64,000 nt of DNA from Selaginella moellendorffii (lineage: Eukaryota > Plantae > Lycopodiophyta). Position 1 is the stretch's first letter. Every line of letters begins with the position of its first letter. The notes under the pieces are model-generated. The model was not told where the DNA came from, did not search any database, and was given only the letters and a program-made list of their open reading frames with translations. The position numbers and the translations under genes are program-made. Below are positions 1 through 12,937 of this stretch, in pieces. The stretch lies in NCBI RefSeq assembly GCF_000143415.4, contig NW_003314273.1, positions 2,352,010 to 2,416,009 of the forward strand, in the 5' to 3' direction.

Positions 1-112
1 AAAGAGAGAGATTCCGGGTTCTCGCGCTACTGACCGGTCGTGGCTATTTATTCCCATTTATCCCCAAGGTTCTAAGGCTACACTCACCCCCTCTTCAAAT
101 ATATTAATATCT

Positions 113-264
113 TCATTGACTATTGACTAACAACCCTTATTAAGCTAAGGCTACCCCCCCTTCAGAGATGTCAATACTTAAACCATCCTCATTGACTATT
201 GACTAACAACCCCTACTAAGCTAAGGCCACCCCACCTTCAGAGATGTCAATACTTAAACCATCC
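113..264. repeat. Two-unit tandem repeat, ~76-bp unit
   Basis: TCATTGACTATTGACTAACAACCC...TAAGCTAAGG...CCTTCAGAGATGTCAATACTTAAACCATCC starts at 113 and again at 189. Confidence 0.85.
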
Positions 265-759
265 CATCCTACTGAGCCAAGGAACCAGCACCTCCATTTT
301 TGCACTAAATCTACTAATCCTTCCATTGTGTAGATTAGCTATTTCATGTGAGGCAACTAGTCATCCACCCGTACCATAGTGGATACCTTCGTTCATGGAT
401 GCTCCACCAAAAGGAAAAATGTACGATTTCAAATTTATAGGTAGGAATATACCTTGCTTAAGGGTATATTATATTTTTAAGTAGCCACTAATCAATGGGA
501 ATCGAACCCGTGTCATTTGCTTTAATACCACATGTAGTACATTTTATTTCTTTCCCCTTAAGCCAATTGGAAAAAAGGCAATTGTTTGATAAGAGAGCCC
601 TTAGTGGCTATTTTATCCCCATTTATCCCTTAAAGTTTCAAGTATCCATAGTGATAGTATATCTAAATCTCATTTCATGATCACATGCATTACAGATACC
701 CATACTATAACTTTATTTATGAGGAAGTTGTATACCGATATGAGTCCATCTTATAATCT

Positions 760-3410
760 TCACTTTAGTTTTGACTAAGTGTTGATCATGTATAGCTAAC
801 CTCTTCGCATGCCTAGAGCTAGTGGTTAAATGCATTAGTGAGCTTATTGCGGTTGAGTTGAATTCAAGTGGTCATTCAGTTTGTGCTTGTCTATGAACCT
901 TTATTTATGAACCCAGGGTATCACGTTCATGTGGAACAAGTATATAACTCGATGATATGAGTTTAGTGTTTGGGTCTTGTGAAAGCAAGTTAAAGAGTGA
1001 TTGCTAGTTGCTTTGCAATTAGTGATTGCTTGTAGACTTTGTCTATGACTGTTGACACTTGCTTCACTCGATGAAGATTTATTGGTGATAGGTTTGTTTT
1101 GCCAGATGATGTTGTGGAGGATCGTGTTGTTAAACTTATATGGGTTTTCCATATTGGCATGTCAACTCTACTTCTATCAATATCATTTGGTTGCGTTTAG
1201 TTTGTAGTGTTGGATTTCATTGAGTCTTGGATGTGGTGACTCACTCTTTGATGATGTGTTATCTGTAACTGAGTATTGTTGGAGGATTAATTTCAGATAC
1301 TGACTAAAGTATCTTTGACTTTAGTTAGCTTAGTTGTTAGGGGGATTTGGGTGGTGATTCACTTTTTCTTTCTTTTAGCTTTGTTCTAGTGTTAATGGCA
1401 TTGAAGTGATACCTTGTCTTTAACATTATTAATGTTGAGATTTGAATGAAATGAAATGTCTCTTCATATGATTTATATTAAGTTTCATTAGTTTCAATGG
1501 AGATAATGTTGATGATTTGGCTGTAGCTTTGTGTTATTGATATTTGTGCATTTACTATTTAGAACTATGTCGACTTTCGAACGAGCTGAGTGGCAAGTTG
1601 AGTTAGTTAAGTTCTAGATGAGATTATTTAGTAAGGGGTTGAGCTTTGGCTTTTCCTTGAAAAGTGATTTAATCGTGGATGACGCTAACTCTATGAGAGG
1701 AAGAGTTAGTGATCAATATTGGAATGTTTGAATCTTTATTGAATTTGAGTTAGAATATATTGATCATTAATGATTCTTCTTGTGTTTGTTATAAAGTGAG
1801 TTACGTCTTGCTATAGATGGATTCATAGAGGATTGTTTAGTGATTATTTGTTGAGCATAGCTTCATTGTGTTTGGCTTTTGAATTGATGCAGATATACTC
1901 TTCATTAGCTTTGCGTTACTTATGGATGTGTTGAGGAGGATATTATTGGTTGTACTATGAGTTTTTCTTTAGTATTGAAGTTTATGCAAGACTCGTAATC
2001 ATTGTTAGGTAAGACTTAGTTATAGGTTTCTTCAAACTTTTGGTTCCTTAAGATTTTGTGCTTATGGTCCATTTCTTAGAAGTTATTGGGGAAGGCATTT
2101 TGGTTTATTAGCTTTGATGTTGAAGTTGGCTTTTGCATTTAGCAATCATTGGTGATGATTAACTATCATCTAGGATAGTTGATTATCTTTGTTAAAATGT
2201 TTTGCTTCATTATTGTTGATATAAAATGATTTACTATTCTTTGGGATGGTAGATTCCTTTTTCAACAATAGTTATGCATTTCTCTATTGATGGGATGATT
2301 GATGATCTTCTATGATAGTTAGTTGTTCTTTTTGATAGCTTATGGCTTTTTGCAATACCACATGTTCTTTGTGGTTTGCTCTGGATTAGTCTCTTGGGTT
2401 TGAGATATCAATAAAATATTGTTAATGCTTGCTTAGGCAACTTGGGTTCCCTCGTATTGTTGACTAGGATCTATTCAGATTGGCTATTGTGATAATTAGT
2501 ATGAATGAGTGTTTGTTGGTCTTACCACATTCATTCTATTGTGTTAATTATTTCTTGAGTTAGTTTTGATAGATCGGGATATTATTTCCTTTAGGTGATA
2601 CATTCACGAACATTTTGTTTGCCTAATTGATGATACTTTGTGTTCTTGAGTTTTATCATTGAGTTTTCTTGATGATACACTAACTATTGAATTTTGTTGG
2701 ATGGTAAATCCTATACTTTTCCAACTATAGTGATTTTGGTGGTTCCTATGCTCTACTACTATTTTATTGGATGATAACTTACTTGGAATACTTTTATGTT
2801 CTCATCTAAGATTTAATCATTGATAATTAAGTCTTTAAGATATCATTGTCTATGACTTTGATATTGTTCATCTATTTATCTTTGAGTTTAGGCCAGTATA
2901 GGCAAACTGACTTTGACACTTCGTGTGCATGGTGAAATTTCTAGTCATGGGGTAGCTACTGTCAACTAGTCACATCACCCACCTCTTGTTGATATTCCTT
3001 ATTACATTGAAAGGGTGTGACCGTGTAAATACTTTTAACTGCCTGTTTATAGTAGTCTATCTAAACCTTACTGACAAGTTTGGTTTCTTTGCTTAGGAGG
3101 GTTGGGGCCTCTAGCTTCTCTTTTTATGTCTCTATAGGCAAAGGTGTATCATACTTTTGTAAGTTGGGTGACATCCAGAGCAGCAAGGGTGGCTAACTCC
3201 GTTGGTCATTTCCTTGTCGGCGACGGTCGGAAAGTGTCTAAGTTGGTAACGCATCCGCGTTCGACAAAGAAGTTACCCTAAATCATTTAAGTTGGTGCAT
3301 TTATCATATAGTGTGATCACCGTGAACTTTTTCTAAAGTTGTTTCCTTGGCAGTGGTCTAGACTCGAGTATGCATTGACGAAGACGTTGATCTTCCTTAG
3401 GGGGGGAGAG
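760..3410 (+). mobile_element. Highly decayed internal region of an LTR retrotransposon (probably Ty3/gypsy), ending in a polypurine tract
   Basis: G/T-rich, C-depleted sequence with no long ORF. It ends in AGGGGGGGAGAG (3399-3410) directly before the LTR start TGTCAC at 3411. The left boundary is approximate. Confidence 0.5.
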
Positions 3411-4286
3411 TGTCACAAATGTGACTTCAGGTATTGAAGGTTACCTATTGGCCAGTCCTTACAGACACTTTTTCCTTACTACCACGATGGTAAGAGGTCA
3501 GTATTGCTGGTTCCCTTTATCAACCCCTCTTATTCAAGTGTTAGTTTACTGGGCTTAGCACCTATACTTAGCCAGATGGACATAAAGTAGGAACTCCTAT
3601 GTGTTTCTAGCTGAGCATACTTGGCTTGGCCTTTAGTTCTTTTTTACTATGTTTTGCACTGGCTTGACAAAAACCCTCGCATATTGAGACTAGTCCCTCA
3701 ATATCACTAGATGGTAACTTATTGTGTTTGCTAAACACCTTCGCTATCATGCCCTTTGTGTTAGTCTCATTTTGGTCCTAAATGCTATTTATGGAAAGCG
3801 TATAGATTTACTCATTTGGCACATCACAGAATGTAAAAATTGTCTCGAACACAATGGTGTTCGTCCCGTGTCTAAATTTGCAATCTAGGGATATTCTATA
3901 TTTAGTAAGTTTCGAGCTTGTCCTAGAGACTAACTCCTGATTGGCTTTATTTTGAGTGTTGATCCTGGCATTAGGATGTTGAATATTCTAGGACTGTTTC
4001 AAGTCATTTCGTGCTCCTATTCCTTCACTCCTTGGGCTGTATGCTCGAGAGTCGTTCCGTGCTCTAGTGCCATTGCTCCTTGGCTCTATGCTTGAGAGTT
4101 TGGCACCATTCCTTCATTCAGTGGCCCAAGGCCCTAAAACTCGGGTTCCACACCACTGTCTCTCGAACATATGGCATGTGGCACGTGGCATGTAACATGT
4201 GGCACATAGAGGGTTTACGTTCCACTTCTATAATTAACTTATAATAAATCACCATAGGATAAAGGATAAAAACCATATGCGCTACA
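3411..4286 (+). mobile_element. 3' LTR with an internal deletion
   Basis: Begins TGTCACAAATGTGACTTC after the PPT and ends ...GCGCTACA. It is colinear with the reverse complement of the solo LTR at 8613-9723 but lacks ~230 bp after AACTCCTGA. Confidence 0.85.
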
Positions 4287-7200
4287 TTCTATTACCACTA
4301 CTTTATAAAGGATCACTATCTAAAATTCCAATCATTTAAGAAAGACAAACTTACAATTCTCCTCTATACTTCTATATGGTATTGGTTAGTCAAGACAGTC
4401 AATATTATTTAACCAAATAGTAACAGTCAATTTTAGTACAAGCACAAATTCTTCTATTGCCATTTGTGTAGCAATGAATGGGATGATTATCATCTCTTTA
4501 CTCTAGACCTTTATATAGGTAGTATGGTTTTTTTTTTCCTCTTTTTTTCTGTGAGTAATTTTTATTTAGGCTTTACAATTATGTTCTGTTATAATGAAAA
4601 TAACTTATAATAGGTATATATGTAATCTCAAAAATGATTTTTTTCTTGTGAAAAAAAAGTTAACCACACCAAGCACCTCATAAACTCTCTTTTTTCAATC
4701 TAGAGTGTCAAATAACCATTTGTGTTCCTCACCTAATACAATATCCAGTAGGAGCTTAATACTTGCTTAAGATCTAGAGCAATATTTAAATGGATATTAG
4801 TTTGGTGATCATTTGTTGAGAATAAATTTATTGTCTTTAGCTTTTGGATTGATGCAGTATAAAATGGTAACAATAGAGTAGAATAGAGTGCCATGAAACA
4901 TTCTGGTAGAAATTATGGTATAACCTATAATATCCTTTTCAACACATCTATAAGTTGAAATTTCATAATACAAAAGTTAATGATGAGTATGTAAGCTTAT
5001 GTGAAAAAGGGTTATCAAGGATGAAGGATCAAAAGTATAAATCATTTTATCTTTTATAAAATGTAATTTACAACAAGGTGTGATCTCATTAATTGTGTTC
5101 ACATCATATGATCGAAAGTCCTTACATCAATGCATAATTTTATGAATGATGAGTCATAGGATGGAAAGCATTAATTCATTTTGCTTAGGCTTGCCATCAA
5201 AAGGTTTAATTATAATGCTCAATTCTTTTTTGAAGAACCTTACTATTGCCCTTTTAAGTATCTTGGTTAGATTAGTTTGAGTTTGGTTAGAAAGAGAGTG
5301 GTATGAGCTTATTTGAAATATGAATAAAGTTGATGGTATTATGTGTTATAAATCTTTATTAGTAAGGTTTGGTATTTATATTATATTTTGTTGACTAAAG
5401 TTGGCACTTGATACTAGCATAAACCTTTGTAATAATGACATAGGCTTTGCTTCTGATATTGTTTGATTGATGACAAAGATATTGTGATTTCTATATCATA
5501 TTTTAGTGATTATAAGCAATTGCAATTACTTATTCAAACGATAATTAACTTTAAAGTGGTTGATAGGGTAGTCTACTTGTAAGTAGTAACATTCTAACAG
5601 TCTTAATTAGGTTCTCAATAAGTGATTTATTAAATGCTAAGTTGGTATTAGTACCTTGGTTCTTATTGAGTTGGCTCATTAATGTTTAAGAAAGTTATAA
5701 CATTTATTTATTATAGCTAAATGGTGCATCCATTGGCAATTGGAGTAAGTTATTGGATTGAAAAAGTGTAAATTAAGGTATTAATATTATTAGCCTGTGT
5801 TAATGAAAGTGATATTGTTATGATAGGTGATAAAGAGCTTTTCTTAGAGCTTGATTTTTCATATCACTTTTGTTATTAATGTTTTAGCTTCATATTAGAT
5901 CTCAAAAGTGTTTGAAAAAGAGTGTCAATGCAATATAGATATCCAAAGTTATGGTCTTTATAATCGAGTCTTGGGTATTAATTTTGTATTTTGTAGATAT
6001 CAAAGATAAATATCAGAAATATGAGCATATTGTTAAACACTTATGCATATTAGTGGGTCATACAAATTTATATTGAGGTGAACCTATATAAAGTTGTTGG
6101 TAAGAAAAAGTTAGTTGAGTTTTGAGACTTTATATTTTTGGATTAAGAGTCATTCCTTTTCTAGGATGAAATTCTTTTCATAAATTTTTATAAGCTTTTC
6201 CAATGACTTATCTATTGATTATTTTGCTTAAAAACCATTTCACTTTTTGCAAACTAGTGAAGGGATTTTTTTTGAAATTGACTATGGTTAATTTTAACTA
6301 GTAGGTAATTTGTAAAAAGGATCATTCATAACTAACCTCTTTTGTTATGCTCAGAGCTATTAGCTAGATATGTTAATGGGTTTATTGCTGTATAATTAGA
6401 TTCAAGTAGTTATTTTATCTATATTTGTTCATGATCCTTATATTGTATTTTGGGTATTAACTTTCAATTGGACAAGTATATAGTTCAATAACATGAGTTT
6501 GGTATTTAAGTCTGATGAAGATGAGTTGAAAAGTGATTGTTAATTGTTTTGCGACTAGTAATTGCTTATAAACTTAGTTGAGAACTACTAACACTTTACT
6601 TAACTCGATGATGATTTAAAAATGATAAGCTTACTTATCAAATGATATTGTGGATTGTATTCATAAGATTTCATAGATTTTACATATTAGTATGTTGATA
6701 CCACCTCTGTCGATATTGCCTAATTGTGTTTTGTTGAGTCTAAGATGTGGTAATTCATTTTTTAATGATATAGGATTTCATAGAAAAACCATGAAAGCTC
6801 AAGAATAAAATCCACTACAACACTATCTAGTAAAGCAAGCCCATCATTGTTACCAAAAAATAAAAAGTGAAAACCACGTACAATACATTGTTGATTTTGG
6901 CATTGGAATAGTAAATGTTTTAGAAATATTCTATATCACTCCATGCTTTTATTCTTTTACTCTTTAATTACATGTTTAGGAGTTATTCTATACTTTTGTT
7001 CTTTTTCTTCTTAACTATATGTTAAAGAGTTTAACTCTGTCCCTTTGTTCAGTGGCCAAAGCTTTAAACCTTAAATTCTACTATGTTATATGTATTCAAT
7101 GGTTTTATTTTGTTATGTGATAGCTTACTGTGTTTGTCAAACCCTTAAATGATTAAAAGAGAATGACTCGAGAAACAATACATAAGGGTTTAAATATAGA

Positions 7201-7429
7201 AGGAAATAATCTATGAATAAAAGTGCACCCTTTTGTTATTCAACAGAGTTAGATTTAAAACCTTTTTAATACTAAATGTAAGTTTTTGAATTTAGACTTC
7301 TCGAAAATCCACCCAACCTAATATTATTTAAACCCAAAGACAATAAACCCCAAGTATCCCAAAATTTTAATTAATTGGAAAAGAAGGTGTATTTATTTTT
7401 ATAGGCCATTTCCCTTTATATTTTAACTT

Positions 7430-8612
7430 TTGGTTATTACAAACTATTGCTATTATGTCTTATGTGTTGGTCCCATTTTGGTTCTATATGCTATTTATAG
7501 AAAATGTCTAAATTTATTATCTATAGAATATGTAGAATATACTATGTTATTTCCATGTCCAAATTTACAATCTAGAGCCATTCCATATTTAATAAGTTTT
7601 CAAGATTATTCCAAAGACTAACACTCCCAAGTATATAGCCAAGGAGCAAAGAAAAATGAGCATAGGATAATTCCCAAATATACAGTTAAAAAATGAAGAA
7701 ACAGGAGTACAAAACAATCAAGTATAAGGAGCAAATAAAGAGAAATATAGAGTGACATTAGAATAGTCTTAGAGCATTTACCATCCTAACACCAGGACTA
7801 ATAAACAAAATAGAGCCAAAAAAGATTTCACATTATTTCAGTATATTAGTGGTTTATTATGAAAATATCAATATTCCACCAATTAGAATGGTATGGAGCT
7901 TGGGCTTAAACCCAAGTCAAACATAAAACAAGGATAAGCACACCTAATAAAGAGTTAAACAATGCCTTAAGTTAGTCAATTATGCCCTTTACCCACTATC
8001 CTTACCACTTTCCCACTATCTAGTTGTAGAACTTCATCATCTTTAGAATTTGAAGAGGAATTTAGTAGCTGTCTCAGCTTCTTTTTTCCTCTTCTCATTC
8101 TTCTTTTTCAATTTATGAACTTTCTTTTGCAAATTCTCGATCTTAACTTCTTAAGCTGTACATTGTAGTGCTGCAACATTAGGCTCTTCATCCTTTGACT
8201 CAGCCTCAGCTTCTTTTGTAGCATCTCTAGCAAGAGTTTTCTTCTCTCGATTCACTTATCTAAAGGTTTTAGCATTATCAACATAGTTCATTTTCACCAT
8301 TTTGCTAGTTGCATACATGCCTTTATCAACAACTGAACATGCATATATTATATCTCTAATACCAAATGTAGTATATGTGGCTTTTACCCTTTATTTTATG
8401 GTGATTTACTATAGGATAACCATGAAATGGAACCTAAACCCCCATGTGCCATGTGTCAAATGCCATATCCCATGTGTCCAATGACAACAGAGCGAAACCC
8501 AAGTTTTAGAGCTTTGGGCCACTAAATGAAAGTATGGAGTCAAACTCCCAAATTTACAGCCAAGGAGCGAAGGAACTGGAGTATGGAGTGACTCTCAAAT
8601 GTACAGCCTAAG
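7430..8612. mobile_element. Fragments of older, decayed copies of the same LTR family in both orientations
   Basis: 7430-7625 resembles 3720-3935 on the + strand. 7625-8030 and 8350-8612 resemble the LTR on the - strand (GAGCTTGGGCTTAAACCCAA, GGAACCTAAACC, GCTTTGGGCCACT). Confidence 0.65.
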
Positions 8613-9723
8613 TGTAACGCACGTGGTTTTGACTTTATCCTATGGTGATTTACCATAGGATAACACCACGAAACGGAACCTAAACCTTCTATGTGCCACG
8701 TGTCATATGCCACGTGTCCATGCCACGTGTCCATAGGAACCCGAGGTTCAAGGCTTTGGGCCATTGAACGAAGGAACAGTGCCAAACTCCCAAGCATGGA
8801 GCCAAGGAGTGACTAAACCGAACCACGGAGCAACTCTCAAGCATAAAGCCCAAGGAGTGAAGGGACAGGAGCCCGGAGCAACTTGGAACAGTCTTGGAGC
8901 AACCAGCATCCCAATGCCAGGACTAGCACGCAAAACGGAGCCAAATGGAGTCTGGCGCTATTTCAGCATAACGCGAGGATATGGGTACTCCACCAGCTAG
9001 CATGGAATGGAACTTGGGCTTAGACCCAAATCGGACGCAAAACAAGGACAAGCACGCAAACAGGAGCTAGACTATGCCTTAGGTTGGTCAGCCATACCCG
9101 ACCTACCCACTATCCCTATTATACATTTGGAACCCCCCACATCCCCCCCCCCCCTGAGGAACACACGCTTTGGGCTTTCACCCCATGCCTCCCTTAGTAT
9201 CAGGAGTTAGTCTCTAGGACAAGCTCGAAACTTACTAAATATGGAATGTCCTTAAATTGTGAATTTGGACACGGGATGAACACAGGCCAATCTCTACATT
9301 CCGTAGATATGCCAAATGAGCAAATCTAGACACTTTCCATAAATAGCACTTGGGACCGAAATGAGACTAACACAAAAAGCATGATAGCGAGGGTGTTTGG
9401 CAGACACAGTAAGCTATCATCCAATGATATTAAGGGACCAATCTCAATACGCGAGGGTTCTTGTCAAGCCAGTGCAAGACAGAGCAAAAGAGAACTAACA
9501 AGCCGGGCCAAGTATGCTCAATTAAATAGACACTTAGGAATTCCTTCCTTATGTTCATTCAGCCAAGTACAAATGTAAAGTTCAGTTTACTAACATTTGA
9601 ACAAAAGGGGCCGATAAAGGGAACCAGCAATACCGACTTCCTGCCATCATGGCAGTAAGGTAAGAGTGTCCGTAAGGACTAGTCGACATGTAACTTTTGA
9701 TACCCGAAGTCACATTTGCGACA
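8613..9723 (-). mobile_element. Solo LTR (1111 bp) with 5-bp target-site duplication CTAAG
   Basis: Termini TGT...ACA, flanked by CTAAG at 8608-8612 and 9724-9728. Homologous to 3411-4286 and 60583-61262. Confidence 0.9.
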
Positions 9724-11860
9724 CTAAGGAGTGAAGGGATAAAAGCATAAAGCAACATAATAACAGTTCTAAAGCATCCAATATATATTTTACAGAAGGC
9801 TTGGAGCACAATGCCTTGCAAAGAGCAGCACATAATGGAACAATGCTAACAAAATGGTTTAAGTTTAATATTCATAATCCAAGTGCAAGGCAATATACAT
9901 ACATTCAAATACCTTTATATTATGTTTTCAATAAATCTACTAGCTAGTTGCCAAAATCTAGCAATTAAACCTCTATTACCATGGATGCAATTATACTTTT
10001 TCTTTTGGTTTGAAGGTATGCTTAATTAACTTAGTCATAAAGATTCATGAAGAGTTCATCACTTGCTGGCAATGATGAGGATGCAAAAAAGAATTATTTA
10101 TAACATTGTTTTCTTTTATATGGGCTAGAAAAGGGCAATTCTAGTCTAATAATTTCTTCCCTTCTACATAGCTGGAGTGGACAAGCATTTATATCTTGCA
10201 CTTGCAAAATAATTATGACCAACTTCCTTGTAGCATCAAAAGCTGTAAATGACTATTGAATTAAACTCCTATAGACATGGGTCTCTCTGTTTTATTATTT
10301 TATTTTTTAAAAATGTGTTATTTTGCTCAAGTTACATATTGAAAACATTCTCTACTTCTTTCGTTATCTACATATATAAAAACGAAGAGCTTAACCTCCC
10401 CCAAAGCCGTCTGGTCCTAGGCCTGGGGCAGCCTCAGGATGCATGGTTTTAGTAAAAGTTTTGTGGATTTTTAATGGAAAATTGGCATGGCTTGGTTTAC
10501 TATTGGTTGGAACCCCACCTATGCTGTGTGTTGACACAGAGACGGCTTGAGCAATGGAGCTCCCAAGCTCCCAGGAGCACTGCTGTTGCCTGTGAACCAC
10601 AATTTGCAAAACACACATTATAGTGCACATTTTGCTTCGCTCCCATCTGTGGTGCCCTAATCGCATTGTGAAATTCTATCTTATCTTTGTCCGATCCAAT
10701 TTCCCAAGCCAGCATTTTGGACTTTTTACTTTCCTCACAGGTTAGTGAAGAATTCTCTCAGTCGTGATGGCTGTAGGAGACGTGATTGCTCACAATCAGG
10801 ACTGGAGTTGAGAGCGTAGAGAATTCTCCTGTTTCTCTTCTAAAAACGGCTTGTTGCTTAAGAGCGAACAACAACCAAAAATGTTGACACCATTTTCTTC
10901 AACTAGTTTTACACTCTTACAGTTCACTTGGTTTCAGAAAAGGCGAAGTATTTGCCGCAGAGACTCAAGAAAGGTTGAAGGCGTGTCCTCCACAGGGCGT
11001 GAGGAGGCAGCAGCTGGAAACTTGAGTGTTCAGCAGCTTCTCAAATCCAAGCTGCATTCTCTAATGTTCATTTTTTCAAATTATAGAATTTATTAGCTAG
11101 GGAAGCTTGAGAGCATCCTCATTTGCGTCATTGGCTGGGTTCGTTGGAATTCTTATCCAGCAAAGCAATGCAACGTAAAGTCGACCTTTGAGGAATTTCC
11201 TTGGGATATTTGGGGCATTGGTCCAAAGGCTGGGATTGTGAGAGTTGACAGATCTGGTGACAAGGCGTCACCAAAGTAGCTATGAAATGCATGTACCCGC
11301 ATAGTTCTCCTTATCCTCATACTCACCTTCCCAGTGGCCGTGTTCATTTGAACTTGCCCTGTGGTTTATGTCTGGGGAGATCATATTGTTTACAGGCTGA
11401 TGACCTTTTTTCTGGGGAGAGGATACAAATGGCTGGAAGACGTACCACTTTTTAAGAGCTCAAAGTGGGTCAGTTGTTTATCATCCTGTCTTATCCACCT
11501 TAAGTTTCAGATATTTCATAATTGAAACAATCGTTAAGACAACACAATTTAAAGGTTCTTGAGTTGTTATTCCACACATCACCCTTACATATGTGGAATG
11601 ACTCCAACAATTGATCCAGTTAAAAATCATCCCCATGTATCTCTGTCCAGCTTCCTTTTATGAAGTCTCAGTGTACATAAGGGTGTTACTGCCAATAGAG
11701 GGGTGGGAATGAATCATAATGGCAAAGTTTGAGCATTCATAAATCAAGGACTGTGGCTGGGCAAATTACTAGTTATTATATGTTTACCATGCCTAGAATA
11801 TCCATAAGCCATAACAAAATATACCTTATCTGCGGGGTTTTAGGTCATCAGTCCGCGACC

Positions 11861-12294
11861 ATGTTTGCTCGTGCTGTTCCATCGAGCTTCGCCACTGGCT
11901 CCCTGCCACTGCAGGTACACTCTCCCCTCCCCATTTCTCCAGGACCATTCACCGCAGCTTGCAATCCAAGGTGGAGCGCGGGGATGCCCGGATTGTGTGC
12001 CGGAAGCCCGACATCCACCCCGCGTTTTTCAGCGAGGCCAAGGTATTCTGCAAGGGCGAGCACGTGATGACGACGGGCGGCACCCAGGCGGAGTACGTGG
12101 TGGACATTTGGTCCGGGAACCACCCCTTCTACCAGGGCGGCAAGTCCGGCGTCGTCATGACCACCGACCAGCTCGAGAAGTTCCGCCGCAAGTACGGCAG
12201 CCTCGGCTCCATGAACAACATCCCCGTCATCACCAACAGCGTGCCCAAGTTCGACAAGAAGGGCAAGAAGCCCGACAAGAAGAAGAAGCGCTAG
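11861..12294 (+). CDS. RPL31: Plastid 50S ribosomal protein L31 with transit peptide
   Basis: RKPDIHPAFFSEAKVFCKGEHVMTTGGTQAEYVVDIWSGNHPFY...QLEKFRRKYG is a bL31 pattern. Predicted exon 1 is 11861-11914, with a 56-nt GT-AG intron (11915-11970) restoring the frame. Confidence 0.9.
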
Positions 12295-12431
12295 AGGAGA
12301 TGCGCAACGGAATGTTCTGTGCCGCTGGTGGCATATTCTGGTTCCGCTGACGGAATATGCTCCATCCATTTTTAGTTGCCCTTGCGCGTATATAAAGGAG
12401 GTGTGGCCCGCAAGCCCTATAATCATAAATC

Positions 12432-12884
12432 ATGGCTGACATTGACGCGTCCCTTGATCATGCAAGATGCGCAAACAATTGTGGATACTACGCCAACCCA
12501 GGGACGGGTAATTTGTGCTCCAAGTGCTTTAAGGAGTCGATCAAAGCATCCAAGGCCAAGAAAATTGAAGGTGGCGGTGGAAAGATTTTGCATCCCGACG
12601 TAGCAAATGTAAAAGTAGGTGGTAGTGGTGCTGGAGAAGTAGAAATAAGTGTTGCAGAAGCAGAAATTGGTCCTGAGGCAAAAGCTGATCCTAATCGTTG
12701 CATATTGTGCAGTAAGAAAATTACTCTTTCCATGGTATTCAAATGCAGATGTGAGCTAGTATTTTGTGCGAAACATCGCCATCCTGAAGATCATTCCTGC
12801 CACTATGACTACCGTGATAAAGGCAGAAAGGATATTTCCAAAGCTAACCCAGTTATCAAAGCTGAGAAGATTACAAAAATTTGA
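12432..12884 (+). CDS. A20/AN1 zinc-finger stress-associated protein (SAP), intronless
   Basis: A20 finger CANNCGYYANPGTGNLCSKCFK; AN1 finger CILCSKK...FKCRCELVFCAKHRHPEDHSCHYDY; C-terminal ANPVIKAEKITKI; TATATAAA ~40 nt upstream. Confidence 0.93.
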   Translation: MADIDASLDHARCANNCGYYANPGTGNLCSKCFKESIKASKAKKIEGGGGKILHPDVANVKVGGSGAGEVEISVAEAEIGPEAKADPNRCILCSKKITLSMVFKCRCELVFCAKHRHPEDHSCHYDYRDKGRKDISKANPVIKAEKITKI

Positions 12885-12937
12885 AGTTAAAAAGACATCA
12901 TTTCTAATGTAAATTCATTCAATACGTTCGTTAGTGT

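Noticed and set aside
113-264. Possible CRISPR-like array
   Set aside because: Only two contiguous units with no spacers, in a eukaryotic context.
495-520. GGGAATCGAACC, the reverse complement of a tRNA T-loop/B-box
   Set aside because: No cloverleaf or A-box; at most a SINE relic.
4300-7400. AT-rich stretch, possibly a decayed retroelement pol
   Set aside because: No motif could be recognised reliably.
10400-11400. GC-richer patch with several 60-90 aa ORFs
   Set aside because: No motifs, termini or TSD found.
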